Below are positions 25,477-35,024 of a DNA stretch of 64,000 nt, in pieces. The stretch spans positions 416,001-480,000 of the forward strand of contig CAXXMV010000002.1 of the NCBI GenBank assembly GCA_963662285.2, given 5' to 3'. Source of the stretch: a bacterium (GTDB lineage: Bacteria; Hinthialibacterota; Hinthialibacteria; Hinthialibacterales; Hinthialibacteraceae). How positions within the stretch are numbered: the first letter of the stretch is position 1; every line of letters begins with the position of its first letter. Under the pieces are notes generated by a model. The model did not search any database. It was not told the DNA's origin and saw only the letters and a program-made list of their open reading frames with translations. The translations under genes were made by a program, and so were the position numbers.

Positions 25477-26604
25477 TTAAAAAACATATATATACTTGTC
25501 AGTTGCAGGTATATAGAGACGTCCTTTTTCATCAAATGAGGGTCTCGCCTGGATAGAACGTTCCGTTTCATAAAAAGGTTGGCCAATGCCGTTAATTCCA
25601 ATTTTGTGTATCAATCCCAGTGGATCGCCGATATAAACATTGTCATTGGAGTCGCTGACGGAACTGCTTAATAGATACTCGCAGCCGGTGGAATATCGGT
25701 ATAAGCGGGTGTTTCCCTTGGATATTGCATGCACATCGCCATTCAGGTCGGCGATGATAATGCTTCCATCACTCAATAAAGTTGGCGTGGCGTTGATATA
25801 TTTAGCAAAACTGCGTTTCCAAATTATCTTCTCGTGCTGGATTGACCATGCATTGAGGTAACTCTTTTGATCTATGTTGGTTATGAAATAAATTACTCCT
25901 TCGTTCTCATCCAACACTGGTTCTGCGGAGACGGTTAATCTCGTCGCTGGTTTTTTCTGTTTATCATGCTGAAAGAGAATTTTCTCTTGTCCGTTAATAT
26001 CTATACTGACAAATTGAATTCCCTTATCCCAAACAGCGCGTAAGCAGTAGAGAGTTCCATCGCTTGCGGCGCAGGCGCCAGCGTATGGAGAGATGCCAGC
26101 GTCCCAGGAGTTGATTACATCGCCATTTCGGGCGCTTAAAGCATAAAATTTTTCTCCCCAACTATTTAATACGATAGTATTGTTTTTTTGATTGTATAAA
26201 AAATCAGACAAGATGCGTGTGTCGCGCTGGCTAGAAATCTCTTTGCGCCAAATTTCTTTACCATTAGCAGCATCAAGGGCGTAGACTATGCCGCTATGCG
26301 TACCGATAAAAAGTATTTTATCATCCGGTTGCAATACCGGCGCCGCTGAAATGCCACTATCCAGTCTAATGCTCCAAATTACTTCGCCTTCGGGGCGATA
26401 GGCTTGTACTCCTCCGGCCATATCAGTAATGAAGGCAGCGCCAAACTGGTCAAAGATTACCGGAGTTTGCACCGATCCTGCGGCTTTTAAGCGCCGTATT
26501 GGCTTAGGCGAAATATTTAGTGCTCCATCAAAGAATCCCCGGCGGGAATTATCTCCCCCTGCTGTTCGCCAAACTTTTGAATTTGTAGGTTTTATAGTGG
26601 ACAT
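25477..26604 (-). CDS. PQQ-like/BamB-type beta-propeller repeat protein
   Basis: W...GGD..R.G start; VYALDAANGKEIW and FYALSARNGDVI repeats. Confidence 0.8.
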   Translation of the reverse strand: MSTIKPTNSKVWRTAGGDNSRRGFFDGALNISPKPIRRLKAAGSVQTPVIFDQFGAAFITDMAGGVQAYRPEGEVIWSIRLDSGISAAPVLQPDDKILFIGTHSGIVYALDAANGKEIWRKEISSQRDTRILSDFLYNQKNNTIVLNSWGEKFYALSARNGDVINSWDAGISPYAGACAASDGTLYCLRAVWDKGIQFVSIDINGQEKILFQHDKQKKPATRLTVSAEPVLDENEGVIYFITNIDQKSYLNAWSIQHEKIIWKRSFAKYINATPTLLSDGSIIIADLNGDVHAISKGNTRLYRYSTGCEYLLSSSVSDSNDNVYIGDPLGLIHKIGINGIGQPFYETERSIQARPSFDEKGRLYIPATDKYIYVF

Positions 26605-26606
26605 GA

Positions 26607-27842
26607 TTAACTATTAACTCTTTGATAGGTTGGTTGATATTCAAATCTTGCCGATTCTAAATCAACTCCGGCTATTTCAATATTTTTTATCCGGTTTTCA
26701 CCCATTCCTTTGCGGCGTGACATGGCTAAATAGTTGGTTCCATTGGCGAAAGGATGAGTACGGTCTGCTGCATTGGGATCAAAGCCCATGATGGCGGCGC
26801 TGACTGCATCAGTGCAAACTGCATTACGGCCAGCGATTAACAATCCAGGCCGGGTAACCGAAACCATAGAGCCATTCCACCATCCTTCAGCAGTCTGGAT
26901 AGTGCTGATGCCGTCAACTATTGTCAAATCAATGGGAAAGGCTGCGTTGAGGTCGACGATTAAGCGGGGTACGTTGTAGCCGTGATCTTGAACCACCCAT
27001 TTTCCGGTATATGTATCAACTGAGGTCAGCGGTTTGCTTTCGCAGGTGTGAACCGTCCTGCCCCGGTAGCCGATAGCGTTTTCGTCGGGTTGATCTTTTA
27101 CATCATCTCCATAAAGACTGCTGGGGGGGACGCCGATCAGGTTTTTCATCCCCATGGTCACTCCGCCGGATACGTGGCTTTTCAACTTCCCCAGTGATAT
27201 CAACACGTCAGTTTTAACGTATGTTTGATTGACCTCCCAGGCTGAAGCGATTTCCCCGCCTCCGGCAACCTTAACCAGGGCATAGGTTTTATATTGGCCG
27301 AGGTTGCGGGTATTCTCGAATCGCGCTTTGCCGTCCATGGCTTGGTTGAATTGCTCCAAATCGAAGCCATAGCCCAGGAAGGCTTCTTGATCGGGCAAGC
27401 GAAAAGGCAACTGATCGCAGAAGGTGATTTGTCTGGCGCCATAGTCTACCAGCAAACTTCCCAGGGCTTGCGCAACTATGGGGTGCGTAGTTACTGACAG
27501 GTATACAGGGATGCCGCCAACGTCTTCTTCAGACGTGTTGACCAGGTTGACCTTAATGGTTACGAATTTGTTTTTAACTAACCTGCGTACATCTCCCAGG
27601 TCATCCAGCATCACCGATAAAGCACGGCGGACTTGCGCATAATCATACCTTTTGCAAAATCCGATACTGACGGGAGCGCGGGGGATGTTTTGATTCTCAT
27701 CGGCTGCTTTGGTAGAACCGGGCGATGCAAGGGCTGGAGTAATCAGCGCAGCCGCCGCAGTATATTTAAGAAAATTTCTTCGGGAAAGAATGCCGCCGGG
27801 GCATTTTGGCGCGTGGTTCAGTATATGTTGATTATTTCTCAT
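26607..27842 (-). CDS. Tat-exported DUF362 family protein
   Basis: SRRNFLK twin-arginine motif; IKVNLV, TTHP, KLKSH...VTMGMKNLIG, D.VSAAIMGFDP. Confidence 0.8.
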   Translation of the reverse strand: MRNNQHILNHAPKCPGGILSRRNFLKYTAAAALITPALASPGSTKAADENQNIPRAPVSIGFCKRYDYAQVRRALSVMLDDLGDVRRLVKNKFVTIKVNLVNTSEEDVGGIPVYLSVTTHPIVAQALGSLLVDYGARQITFCDQLPFRLPDQEAFLGYGFDLEQFNQAMDGKARFENTRNLGQYKTYALVKVAGGGEIASAWEVNQTYVKTDVLISLGKLKSHVSGGVTMGMKNLIGVPPSSLYGDDVKDQPDENAIGYRGRTVHTCESKPLTSVDTYTGKWVVQDHGYNVPRLIVDLNAAFPIDLTIVDGISTIQTAEGWWNGSMVSVTRPGLLIAGRNAVCTDAVSAAIMGFDPNAADRTHPFANGTNYLAMSRRKGMGENRIKNIEIAGVDLESARFEYQPTYQRVNS

Positions 27843-28013
27843 TTTCCGCCCTACTCGTCTTTATCGATTCTTGTACTTTTAGATATACTCGTTTTGATAG
27901 AATTTGCTAACAAAAATTCTATGGATGAACGAATACTGTTATTCTATATTAAATTGGCATCAAAAGGCAAATATATAGTATACTAAAAAATTTCATGATC
28001 GGGGAGATTGCAG

Positions 28014-28532
28014 ATGGTAAAGCAAAATCTGGCTCATATTTCCAAAAAAAATAAGGTTATCGAAATTCTTCCAAGCAAGAAAATTCATAAAGCCGGGCTG
28101 CTTCATCGCGAGGTGGATATTCTGCTTATAAACCATTTCGGCGTATTGCTGCACAAAAGTAATGAGGCCAATAAATGGGGGCATTTCAATGAAAATGTAG
28201 GTTATAAAGAGCAGTATAAAGATGCAGCCATTAGAGTTTTTAATGAATCTACGGGCTATCATTTTACATCTAAACACTTAAAAAAAGTTGGTGAATATCA
28301 GCGGTGCGTCACTTCAGGAGATGGAATTAACAATCATTGGTCCAGAGTCTATATATCTTTCTTGCCAATTCCCAAAGATTCACTGCTAAAAAAATTACCG
28401 GAAAATGAAAACGTCAAATATTTCTCAAGGATCGAATTATTAGACCTTTTGATGGATAAGACAAGAATCCGTGCTTCATCAAAGTTCTTGTTAACTGAAG
28501 TACCCATATTCTTATACAACTGCGTGCCTTAG
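28014..28532 (+). CDS. Nudix-fold protein, IPP-isomerase-like N-terminus, degenerate Nudix box
   Basis: IHKAGLLHREVDILL; E.YKDAAIRVFNESTG where REL.EE.G is expected; GGAG RBS. Confidence 0.55.
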   Translation: MVKQNLAHISKKNKVIEILPSKKIHKAGLLHREVDILLINHFGVLLHKSNEANKWGHFNENVGYKEQYKDAAIRVFNESTGYHFTSKHLKKVGEYQRCVTSGDGINNHWSRVYISFLPIPKDSLLKKLPENENVKYFSRIELLDLLMDKTRIRASSKFLLTEVPIFLYNCVP

Positions 28533-28542
28533 ATTAATAACA

Positions 28543-29613
28543 TTATTTGATTTCTTCTTGTGAAATTTCAAACGTATCGGGATTGAAATACTTTTTGATT
28601 TCGATTTTTTCCGTGGCTTCTTCAAGCCATAACGCAAAATACTCGGCTTTTTTATGTCGAATTTGCATCTCTTTAATTGTTGCACGGGCTTCCTCAAGTG
28701 ATTGTTCATGATCGGTGGCCCAGATAATATGAAATCCAGCATCGGTCTCGACGATATCACTCAGTTGGCCTTCTTTCAAAGCGAAAGCGGCTTGTTTGAA
28801 TTGTTCTGAACCGGGGCCGGTGCGGTCGAAGAAGCCGATATCGCCGCCGCGCGTAACAGTGGCAGTATCATCAGAATTTTCTCTGGCCAAACCGACAAAT
28901 GTCTTGGCCGGTTGGTCGCCGATCATTTTCAGCAGCTGTTCCGCCCGGATGCAGGCTTGCTGGCGTTTTTCCGGTGAATCGGAAAGAGGCGATTTTATAA
29001 AAATATGGCTGGCCCGCATGCGTGATGGATAAGTGAAATCTTTCTTGTTTTTATTATAATAATCTCTGATATCCTGCTCGGTGACCTCGACATCTGCATC
29101 AACCAGTTTCTGCTTTTCGAGGATTTTTATAGCCATGTGATCTTTAATACTCTGACGGAATTTATCTTCAGTGATTCCCATCCTTGCAATGAATTGTTGA
29201 TATCCACCTTGCTTCTCCAGCGTATCCTTATAGCGGACGAATTCTGCATCCAGTTCTTCGGGGGATGGCGCTATTCCCTCCTGCTCGGCGGTATATTTCA
29301 ATACGTAAATTGTTGTCAGCGTCTTATATAGGTTGGGCGCGATGCTGTGGTAATGAGTCTGTCCCGCTGGACTATCGAAATCCAGACCTTGCTTCTGGGT
29401 CGCCATGCGTCCCAGCATCTCTAATTCATCAAGATATACGGGATTGCCGTTTATTTCCGCTATCAACGAGCGTTTTTCAGTTTTTGCGGCGCAGCCGGAT
29501 AAAAAAAGCGCAGCCAGGAAAAGAGAAAACACAATATTTCGAGCATCATGCATCTTTTTTAATATGCATGTGGAATTACTTGGTAAGACCTTGGAAAAAT
29601 AATATTTGTTCAT
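28543..29613 (-). CDS. PrsA/SurA-like parvulin (PpiC) peptidyl-prolyl isomerase, probable lipoprotein
   Basis: LFLSGC lipobox; IAEING; RASHIFI, LARENSDD..RGGDIG, S.IVETDAGFHII. Confidence 0.85.
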   Translation of the reverse strand: MNKYYFSKVLPSNSTCILKKMHDARNIVFSLFLAALFLSGCAAKTEKRSLIAEINGNPVYLDELEMLGRMATQKQGLDFDSPAGQTHYHSIAPNLYKTLTTIYVLKYTAEQEGIAPSPEELDAEFVRYKDTLEKQGGYQQFIARMGITEDKFRQSIKDHMAIKILEKQKLVDADVEVTEQDIRDYYNKNKKDFTYPSRMRASHIFIKSPLSDSPEKRQQACIRAEQLLKMIGDQPAKTFVGLARENSDDTATVTRGGDIGFFDRTGPGSEQFKQAAFALKEGQLSDIVETDAGFHIIWATDHEQSLEEARATIKEMQIRHKKAEYFALWLEEATEKIEIKKYFNPDTFEISQEEIK

Positions 29614-29850
29614 AGGATATCACTTATGAATGATGAACCGGTAAAAAGTGGATGCAAGACGGAACTTACGCAATCTTATATGAGTCAGCCTTGAACATCT
29701 TAAAATATTGTAGTCAGAAAACCATTTTAGACTGTATACCGTTTCGTCATAGAATTCATGTTTTATTTTGACCCGGCGGACTCATGCCGGATTTAACTAT
29801 CGAGAGAGTTATTATAGCTTCGCCTTCGCCCGAAGCGAACATGAGTAAAC

Positions 29851-30561
29851 GTGGAACTTGTAGTTTTTTTACCAACATATAACGAACGGGAAAACCTGGC
29901 CCTGGTTGTTGAGCGCTTATTCGGGCTGGGATTGGACATGTATATCCTGGTGGTGGACGATAGTTCTCCTGATGGAACTGGCGATATTGGAGACAAACTC
30001 GCCCAAAAATATAAAGATCGCTTTCGCATCATTCACCGTGATGGTCCGCGTGGGCGCGGCTTGGCGGGGATCGTCGGCTTGCGTGAAGCCTCCCGCATGG
30101 ATTGCCAATACGTTGTGGAGATGGATGCTGATGCATCGCATGATCCCGATGAATTGCCCAGGCTGCTGGATATAGCCAAAAATGTCGACCTGGTGATCGG
30201 TTCCCGCTATATAGAAGGCGGTTCAGCGGAAAGTTTCGGGATGTTTCGAACACTTAACAGCAAAGTCGCCCGTTTTCTTTCAATATTGTTTCTGGGATTG
30301 AATTATACTGATCCGACCTCAGGATACCGGATTTACCGGCGCGAAATTCTGGAACCTCTGCCCTGGGATACGATGATCTCTCCCGGACCTTCAATAGTTG
30401 AAGAGACGCTGTTTTATATCAAACGCAATAAAGCGCGGATCGTTGAAGCGCCTATAGCATATAAAGACCGGCATCAAGGCAGTTCAAAAATAAATATTGG
30501 TATAATCCTGCGATGGATATTAACTCTTCTGAGAATTCGCATATCGGCTGCGAAAGGTTGA
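29851..30561 (+). CDS. GT2 polyprenol-monophosphate mannose synthase (DPM1-like)
   Basis: PTYNERENL, VVDDSSPDGT, EMDADASHDP, GSRY, DPTSGYR, R..G.SK. Confidence 0.9.
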   Translation: MELVVFLPTYNERENLALVVERLFGLGLDMYILVVDDSSPDGTGDIGDKLAQKYKDRFRIIHRDGPRGRGLAGIVGLREASRMDCQYVVEMDADASHDPDELPRLLDIAKNVDLVIGSRYIEGGSAESFGMFRTLNSKVARFLSILFLGLNYTDPTSGYRIYRREILEPLPWDTMISPGPSIVEETLFYIKRNKARIVEAPIAYKDRHQGSSKINIGIILRWILTLLRIRISAAKG

Positions 30562-32054
30562 CTGTCGGTTCCTGGCAGAACCGCAGCAGTGGAGCGGCCT
30601 ACTGGTTGACCGTTGTAGTATTCGGTTGGTGCGCCCTTTATGCGTTAATATTCCTGTATCATGGCGGACGTCAGGTTCTTTATCCGTTCGACGTCGATAA
30701 CAGCGAAGCCTACCTGGTCTATCAGGGCGTGCGTATCTCTGAGGGACATTTCTTATATCCCAAACTTGAAGAACCACCGTATCTGGTTGATAATTATCCT
30801 CCACTATATCCGGCATTAATCGGGGCCGGTTTTACTTTTATGGCGCCGAACTTCCATTGGCCGCGCGCAATTTCTCTGGTTTCAACCTGTTTAACAGCGC
30901 TATTGCTGGCATTTTGGACGCTTAGGCTGACGCGCAATAAACCCGCCGCACTATTAACGGCGTTGGTTTATCTATCCTTCTATCATGTCAACAACTGGGG
31001 CGCGTTAGCACGGGTGGACGCCTTGGGCGTGGTTCTGGCGATAGCGGCATTGCTGGTCTTTGAAAAAAAGCGTTCCTGGAAAATGGCGCTGCCTTTGATA
31101 ATTCTATCGTTAGTTACAAGACAAACTCTTTTCGCCGCCCCACTGGCTATCTATGCGGCGCTGTTAACAACGCAAAACCGTAAATCGGCGCATATTTACT
31201 TCGGCGCATTGCTGGGATCAGGTTTGGTGATTGGCGTGATATTGCTGCTGGTTACATCTGGGAGGGCATGGAGTCATCTCGTAATTTATAATGCGAATAC
31301 CTTTCGACTGCGGGACGTATATTATTATTTTAACCAATGGCTTAGTCTTTATACAGTCTGGGGATGCGCTCCATTATTGATTTTCCTTACTCAATATCCA
31401 GGATCAAATCGCGAAGGTAATAGAACCAGCCCATTGCTCTTTTGGTTTACCTTGTTTGCCATCGGCGAAGCGCTGCTGTGCGGCAAGATCGGTTCGGCGC
31501 CAAATTATCTGCTTTCTTTGGCGGCGGCGTCATCGGTTGGCGTGGGTCTGATTTATTCTTATCTCGATGAGGTCAAAGAGTACGCTGGAAACAATGATTG
31601 CGTGGCGAAAAGGAATATTCCATTGATGATATTTCTGTGCGCCTGCGTTCTGCAACTTGGTTCGACCTGGCATTGGCCTAATTCCGCCCGGTCTTTTGGT
31701 TATACGCCGACTACCAAGGATGCTTTGATCGGTAAAAGGTTGATGAAAGACCTGGAGAAAGTCGAAGGGCCGGTGTTATCTGACCGTGCGGGGATTGCTT
31801 TGGTGGCGGGGCATCTCCCTGTTTTTCAACCGTTTATTCTAACTCAGTTGGCTCAAGAAGGACGTTGGGATCAAACCGCCTTGCTTAACCGGATAGAGAA
31901 CCAGGAGTTTAACAAGGTTTTACTGCATTTTGACCTGTCTGATCCCCGCTGGGATAGAGAACGTTTTACCCCGGAAATGATCGATGTCCTGCAAAAATCG
32001 TATGCGCTGGAGCAGAGTATTGGAGCGAAATATTTTATCTATCGGCCTGAATGA
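30558..32054 (+). CDS. GT-C (ArnT/PMT-like) membrane glycosyltransferase
   Basis: Multiple TM segments; D.SE, NYPPLYP, RVD, TRQT; TTG start overlapping the GT2 stop. Confidence 0.65.
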   Translation: MTVGSWQNRSSGAAYWLTVVVFGWCALYALIFLYHGGRQVLYPFDVDNSEAYLVYQGVRISEGHFLYPKLEEPPYLVDNYPPLYPALIGAGFTFMAPNFHWPRAISLVSTCLTALLLAFWTLRLTRNKPAALLTALVYLSFYHVNNWGALARVDALGVVLAIAALLVFEKKRSWKMALPLIILSLVTRQTLFAAPLAIYAALLTTQNRKSAHIYFGALLGSGLVIGVILLLVTSGRAWSHLVIYNANTFRLRDVYYYFNQWLSLYTVWGCAPLLIFLTQYPGSNREGNRTSPLLFWFTLFAIGEALLCGKIGSAPNYLLSLAAASSVGVGLIYSYLDEVKEYAGNNDCVAKRNIPLMIFLCACVLQLGSTWHWPNSARSFGYTPTTKDALIGKRLMKDLEKVEGPVLSDRAGIALVAGHLPVFQPFILTQLAQEGRWDQTALLNRIENQEFNKVLLHFDLSDPRWDRERFTPEMIDVLQKSYALEQSIGAKYFIYRPE

Positions 32055-32217
32055 CATAATTATATTATTGTGAATCTTTTTGTATGTTCTGTGTTTCTAT
32101 ACTTTTGGGGAAGACTCAGTTTATTATTCTGGTAGGATAATTATAGAGAAATAAGAGAGATTCAAGCAATAGATTTAATTAGAGCCGTGGTTCAAAATTC
32201 AATAAGATGAAAATATT

Positions 32218-33255
32218 ATGAAAAATAACGATTCACAACTTCGCCGGGATCCTCATCATGGCGGTTGGGTGTTGCTTACCCAGCAGCCCGAACGGGAGCA
32301 ATTGTTGTCCATTCCACAATCTGAATGGCCCAAAGCCTCGCCTAATGCCTTATGCGACTCAGAAGCCGGCAGCGTTCATGTGCTTTGGAGCGTTGACGCT
32401 ACGTTACCGGATGGAGAAGAGCATCGGGTCAGAGTTATCGCCAACAAATACGCGATGTACCGGGTGGAAGGCCAGGAAGATAGAGAAGGACATGGGATGT
32501 ATGATCTTATGCGGGGCATCGGCGCGCACGAGATAGTCGTCGAGAGTCCTGATCCGGAAGATACCATATTATCTCTAAGCCCGTATCAGTATGCGTTGTC
32601 GTTGAGGGCGGTGCAGGAAAGAATACGCGACCTACGTAAAGATCAACGACTGCACTGTTTCTCTGTTTTCCGGCAATGGCGATGCGGCGAAACTGAATTA
32701 AAAGTACATCCTCATTCGCAATTGATAGCCAGTTCTATTGTTCCCCTGGGATTGGCTAACGAATTGGATGCGGCGCGGTCTCATTTCGATTATAAGGATA
32801 GATGCCTTTTTTGTGATATGATCCGGCAAGAGACTGACGATGAAGATCGCCTGGTGCTCGATTCTGACGATTATATTGCATATTGTCCATTTGCTTCGCG
32901 ATATCCTTTTGAGGTGCATCTGTTTCCCAAGGCGCATACCGCCGAGTTCAGCGATGAGCCTGAAGAGCGCTTGCCTTCATTGGCGGCGGCCATTCATGAT
33001 ATTGCGGCGCGGCTTGATCAAGCCATTCCCGGTTGGGGATTATTGATGTCGTTGCATACCGCTCCGGTTCCCACTCGTCGCAGGCATTACCCTGCATCGC
33101 ACAGTTCGTTTTTCCATTGGCATATAGAATTCCAGCCGCAGCCTCCCGGATTTATTGATTGGTATTCGCGCATGGGAACACATGTGGAATGCACCGCACC
33201 GGAAGACGCCGCCGCATTCCTGCGCGACCTGAATGTCCCCTCTCCATGGGAATAG
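32218..33255 (+). CDS. GalT/HIT-family nucleotidyltransferase (galactose-1-phosphate uridylyltransferase-like)
   Basis: GAHEIVVESP, HPHSQ catalytic motif, CLFCD, PFASRYPFE, FHWHIE. Confidence 0.8.
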   Translation: MKNNDSQLRRDPHHGGWVLLTQQPEREQLLSIPQSEWPKASPNALCDSEAGSVHVLWSVDATLPDGEEHRVRVIANKYAMYRVEGQEDREGHGMYDLMRGIGAHEIVVESPDPEDTILSLSPYQYALSLRAVQERIRDLRKDQRLHCFSVFRQWRCGETELKVHPHSQLIASSIVPLGLANELDAARSHFDYKDRCLFCDMIRQETDDEDRLVLDSDDYIAYCPFASRYPFEVHLFPKAHTAEFSDEPEERLPSLAAAIHDIAARLDQAIPGWGLLMSLHTAPVPTRRRHYPASHSSFFHWHIEFQPQPPGFIDWYSRMGTHVECTAPEDAAAFLRDLNVPSPWE

Positions 33256-33261
33256 TGCAAT

Positions 33262-34263
33262 ATGCGAATACGACGAACCAGCCATGATCTTCTGCTTGTC
33301 TTAGGTCTAACCAGTTTCTTTTTTACGTTGCGCTGGATGCTGCCAGAATCTATCGATCAGCATTTCTGGGGGGCTGATGGATGGTTTATGGCCGGGCTGG
33401 TTGAGAATGTCGAGGCGTATCCATTTCCACTCTATTACCGCTCTTTGCTTGCGGTGTGGATTGATCGTCTGATCTATTTTCTTTTTTCTCCACTTGGAAT
33501 AAGCGGTTGGTTCGCTATCTCTATCAGCAGTTCCCTTGCCGGCGCCATTGCGGTTATGGCTCTGTGGCGTATTAATTCCGATGTTATATTCATTCTGATT
33601 AATGTGCTCTGCGGTTCTTTTATAGTGCTGGTCGGGCATGTGGAAAACTACGCCTGGGTCAATGCCTTTCTTATATTAAGTTTTCTGGGTGTGCAACGCT
33701 GGCTGGATAATCGGTGGAAGGTATGGCCTGCTTTCGTGTTTCTGGCTTTGGCTTGTTTGTCGCATATGTTGGCTATTTTTTATGCTCCGGCGTATATTTA
33801 TCTTTTATATAAAAATCGAAATTTTGATCCCAAAGAGGTGCTGTTGCCCATTATCGGATTTACTATGATCATTGTTATCCTTAGTTTGGGATTCGACCTG
33901 ATGGGGACGGATAACGGTTTGGAGCGGTTGGTTCCCTGGGGACGGATATGGGCTAAAAATCAATTCTTTACTTTTATGTCGGGCAAACATTTGGAAATGC
34001 TACTATACTTTCACCACCGGGCGGCATTTTTGGGCGTTCCGCTGGAGATACCCTTGTTGTTGATCCTGTGGAAAAGGATTGATACTGTATTTCTACGTTT
34101 TATGGGGATATGCGTGCTCTGTGGTTTGATTTGGACCACATTATGGCATCCCGATTGGGGTATGCGGGATTGGGACCTCTTCAGCCAGTTTGGCATCTCC
34201 CTACATCTTCTTCTGGGACTTTTGATACGGTCAAAATGGAGAAACTCAGCAACCAGCGCATAG
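33262..34263 (+). CDS. Polytopic membrane protein, possibly GT-C-like
   Basis: 8-9 TM segments; GHVENY and RDWDLF loop motifs. Confidence 0.55.
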   Translation: MRIRRTSHDLLLVLGLTSFFFTLRWMLPESIDQHFWGADGWFMAGLVENVEAYPFPLYYRSLLAVWIDRLIYFLFSPLGISGWFAISISSSLAGAIAVMALWRINSDVIFILINVLCGSFIVLVGHVENYAWVNAFLILSFLGVQRWLDNRWKVWPAFVFLALACLSHMLAIFYAPAYIYLLYKNRNFDPKEVLLPIIGFTMIIVILSLGFDLMGTDNGLERLVPWGRIWAKNQFFTFMSGKHLEMLLYFHHRAAFLGVPLEIPLLLILWKRIDTVFLRFMGICVLCGLIWTTLWHPDWGMRDWDLFSQFGISLHLLLGLLIRSKWRNSATSA

Positions 34264-35003
34264 TAATCACGCGAAGTCAGAATGACTTTTCGGCGGCGGC
34301 GGAAGCCGTGAGTCGTCGTGGGGGGATTGCTATATCCTGCCCTATGATTGAACTGCTTGATCCCCTGGATTGCTCAGCCCTGGATGACGCGATTAACTCT
34401 CTTAGGGATTTTGATTGGATATTTTTCACCAGCGCCCATAGCGTTGATTTCTTTGTTAAGCGGATGGCGACATTATCGTTTGATACGCAGCAATTGGAGA
34501 GTATGCAAACTGCGGCCATCGGGCCAGCAACAGCTGAAGCGTTATCCACTTATGGAGTGCATGCGGATTTCGTCGCCTGGAACTCAACTGGAATTAATTT
34601 TTTTTATGAATTCCAAGTTAAGCATGACGTAAGCGGGAAAAAGTTTCTATTGCCGTTATCGGATATTGCCAGGGATTCGCTGCCGAATTTATTACATGAA
34701 AATGGCGCCGTGGTTACGGCGGTGACGGCTTACCGCAATAAAGCGGTGGACGCATTTTCTGACGGGATGCTGGAATATTATAAGCGTGGTGAGATTGACT
34801 GGGTATTGTTTTTCAGTTCATCAGCTGCGTCTAATTTTGCAAGAATCATGCGCCGGTATCCTTCTGTCCCTGTAACCTTCAAAGTTGCTTCTATAGGACC
34901 ATCGACCAGCAAGACCTTACGTGACCATGGGTTTGAACCATCAGTCGAGGCTAAACCTTATTCGCTGGATGGCCTGCTGGATGCGATAAGCGCTTTAGTA
35001 TAA
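34236..35003 (+). CDS. hemD: Uroporphyrinogen-III synthase
   Basis: IVITR, DWIFFTSA, AIGPATA.AL, AYRN, FFSSSAA, SIGPSTS..L...G; start reassigned to ATG 34236. Confidence 0.9.
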   Translation: MEKLSNQRIVITRSQNDFSAAAEAVSRRGGIAISCPMIELLDPLDCSALDDAINSLRDFDWIFFTSAHSVDFFVKRMATLSFDTQQLESMQTAAIGPATAEALSTYGVHADFVAWNSTGINFFYEFQVKHDVSGKKFLLPLSDIARDSLPNLLHENGAVVTAVTAYRNKAVDAFSDGMLEYYKRGEIDWVLFFSSSAASNFARIMRRYPSVPVTFKVASIGPSTSKTLRDHGFEPSVEAKPYSLDGLLDAISALV

Positions 35004-35024
35004 TTGCCAGTTGGATACCGCAAC
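34995..35024 (-). other. C-terminal motif copy 3 (VAVSNWQLY*)
   Basis: Matches the shared motif; preceded by a GPKP linker. Confidence 0.75.

Noticed and set aside
27954-27970. TTGGCATCAAAAGGCA as a possible sigma54 site
   Set aside because: GG-to-GC spacing is 9 nt, not the required 10.
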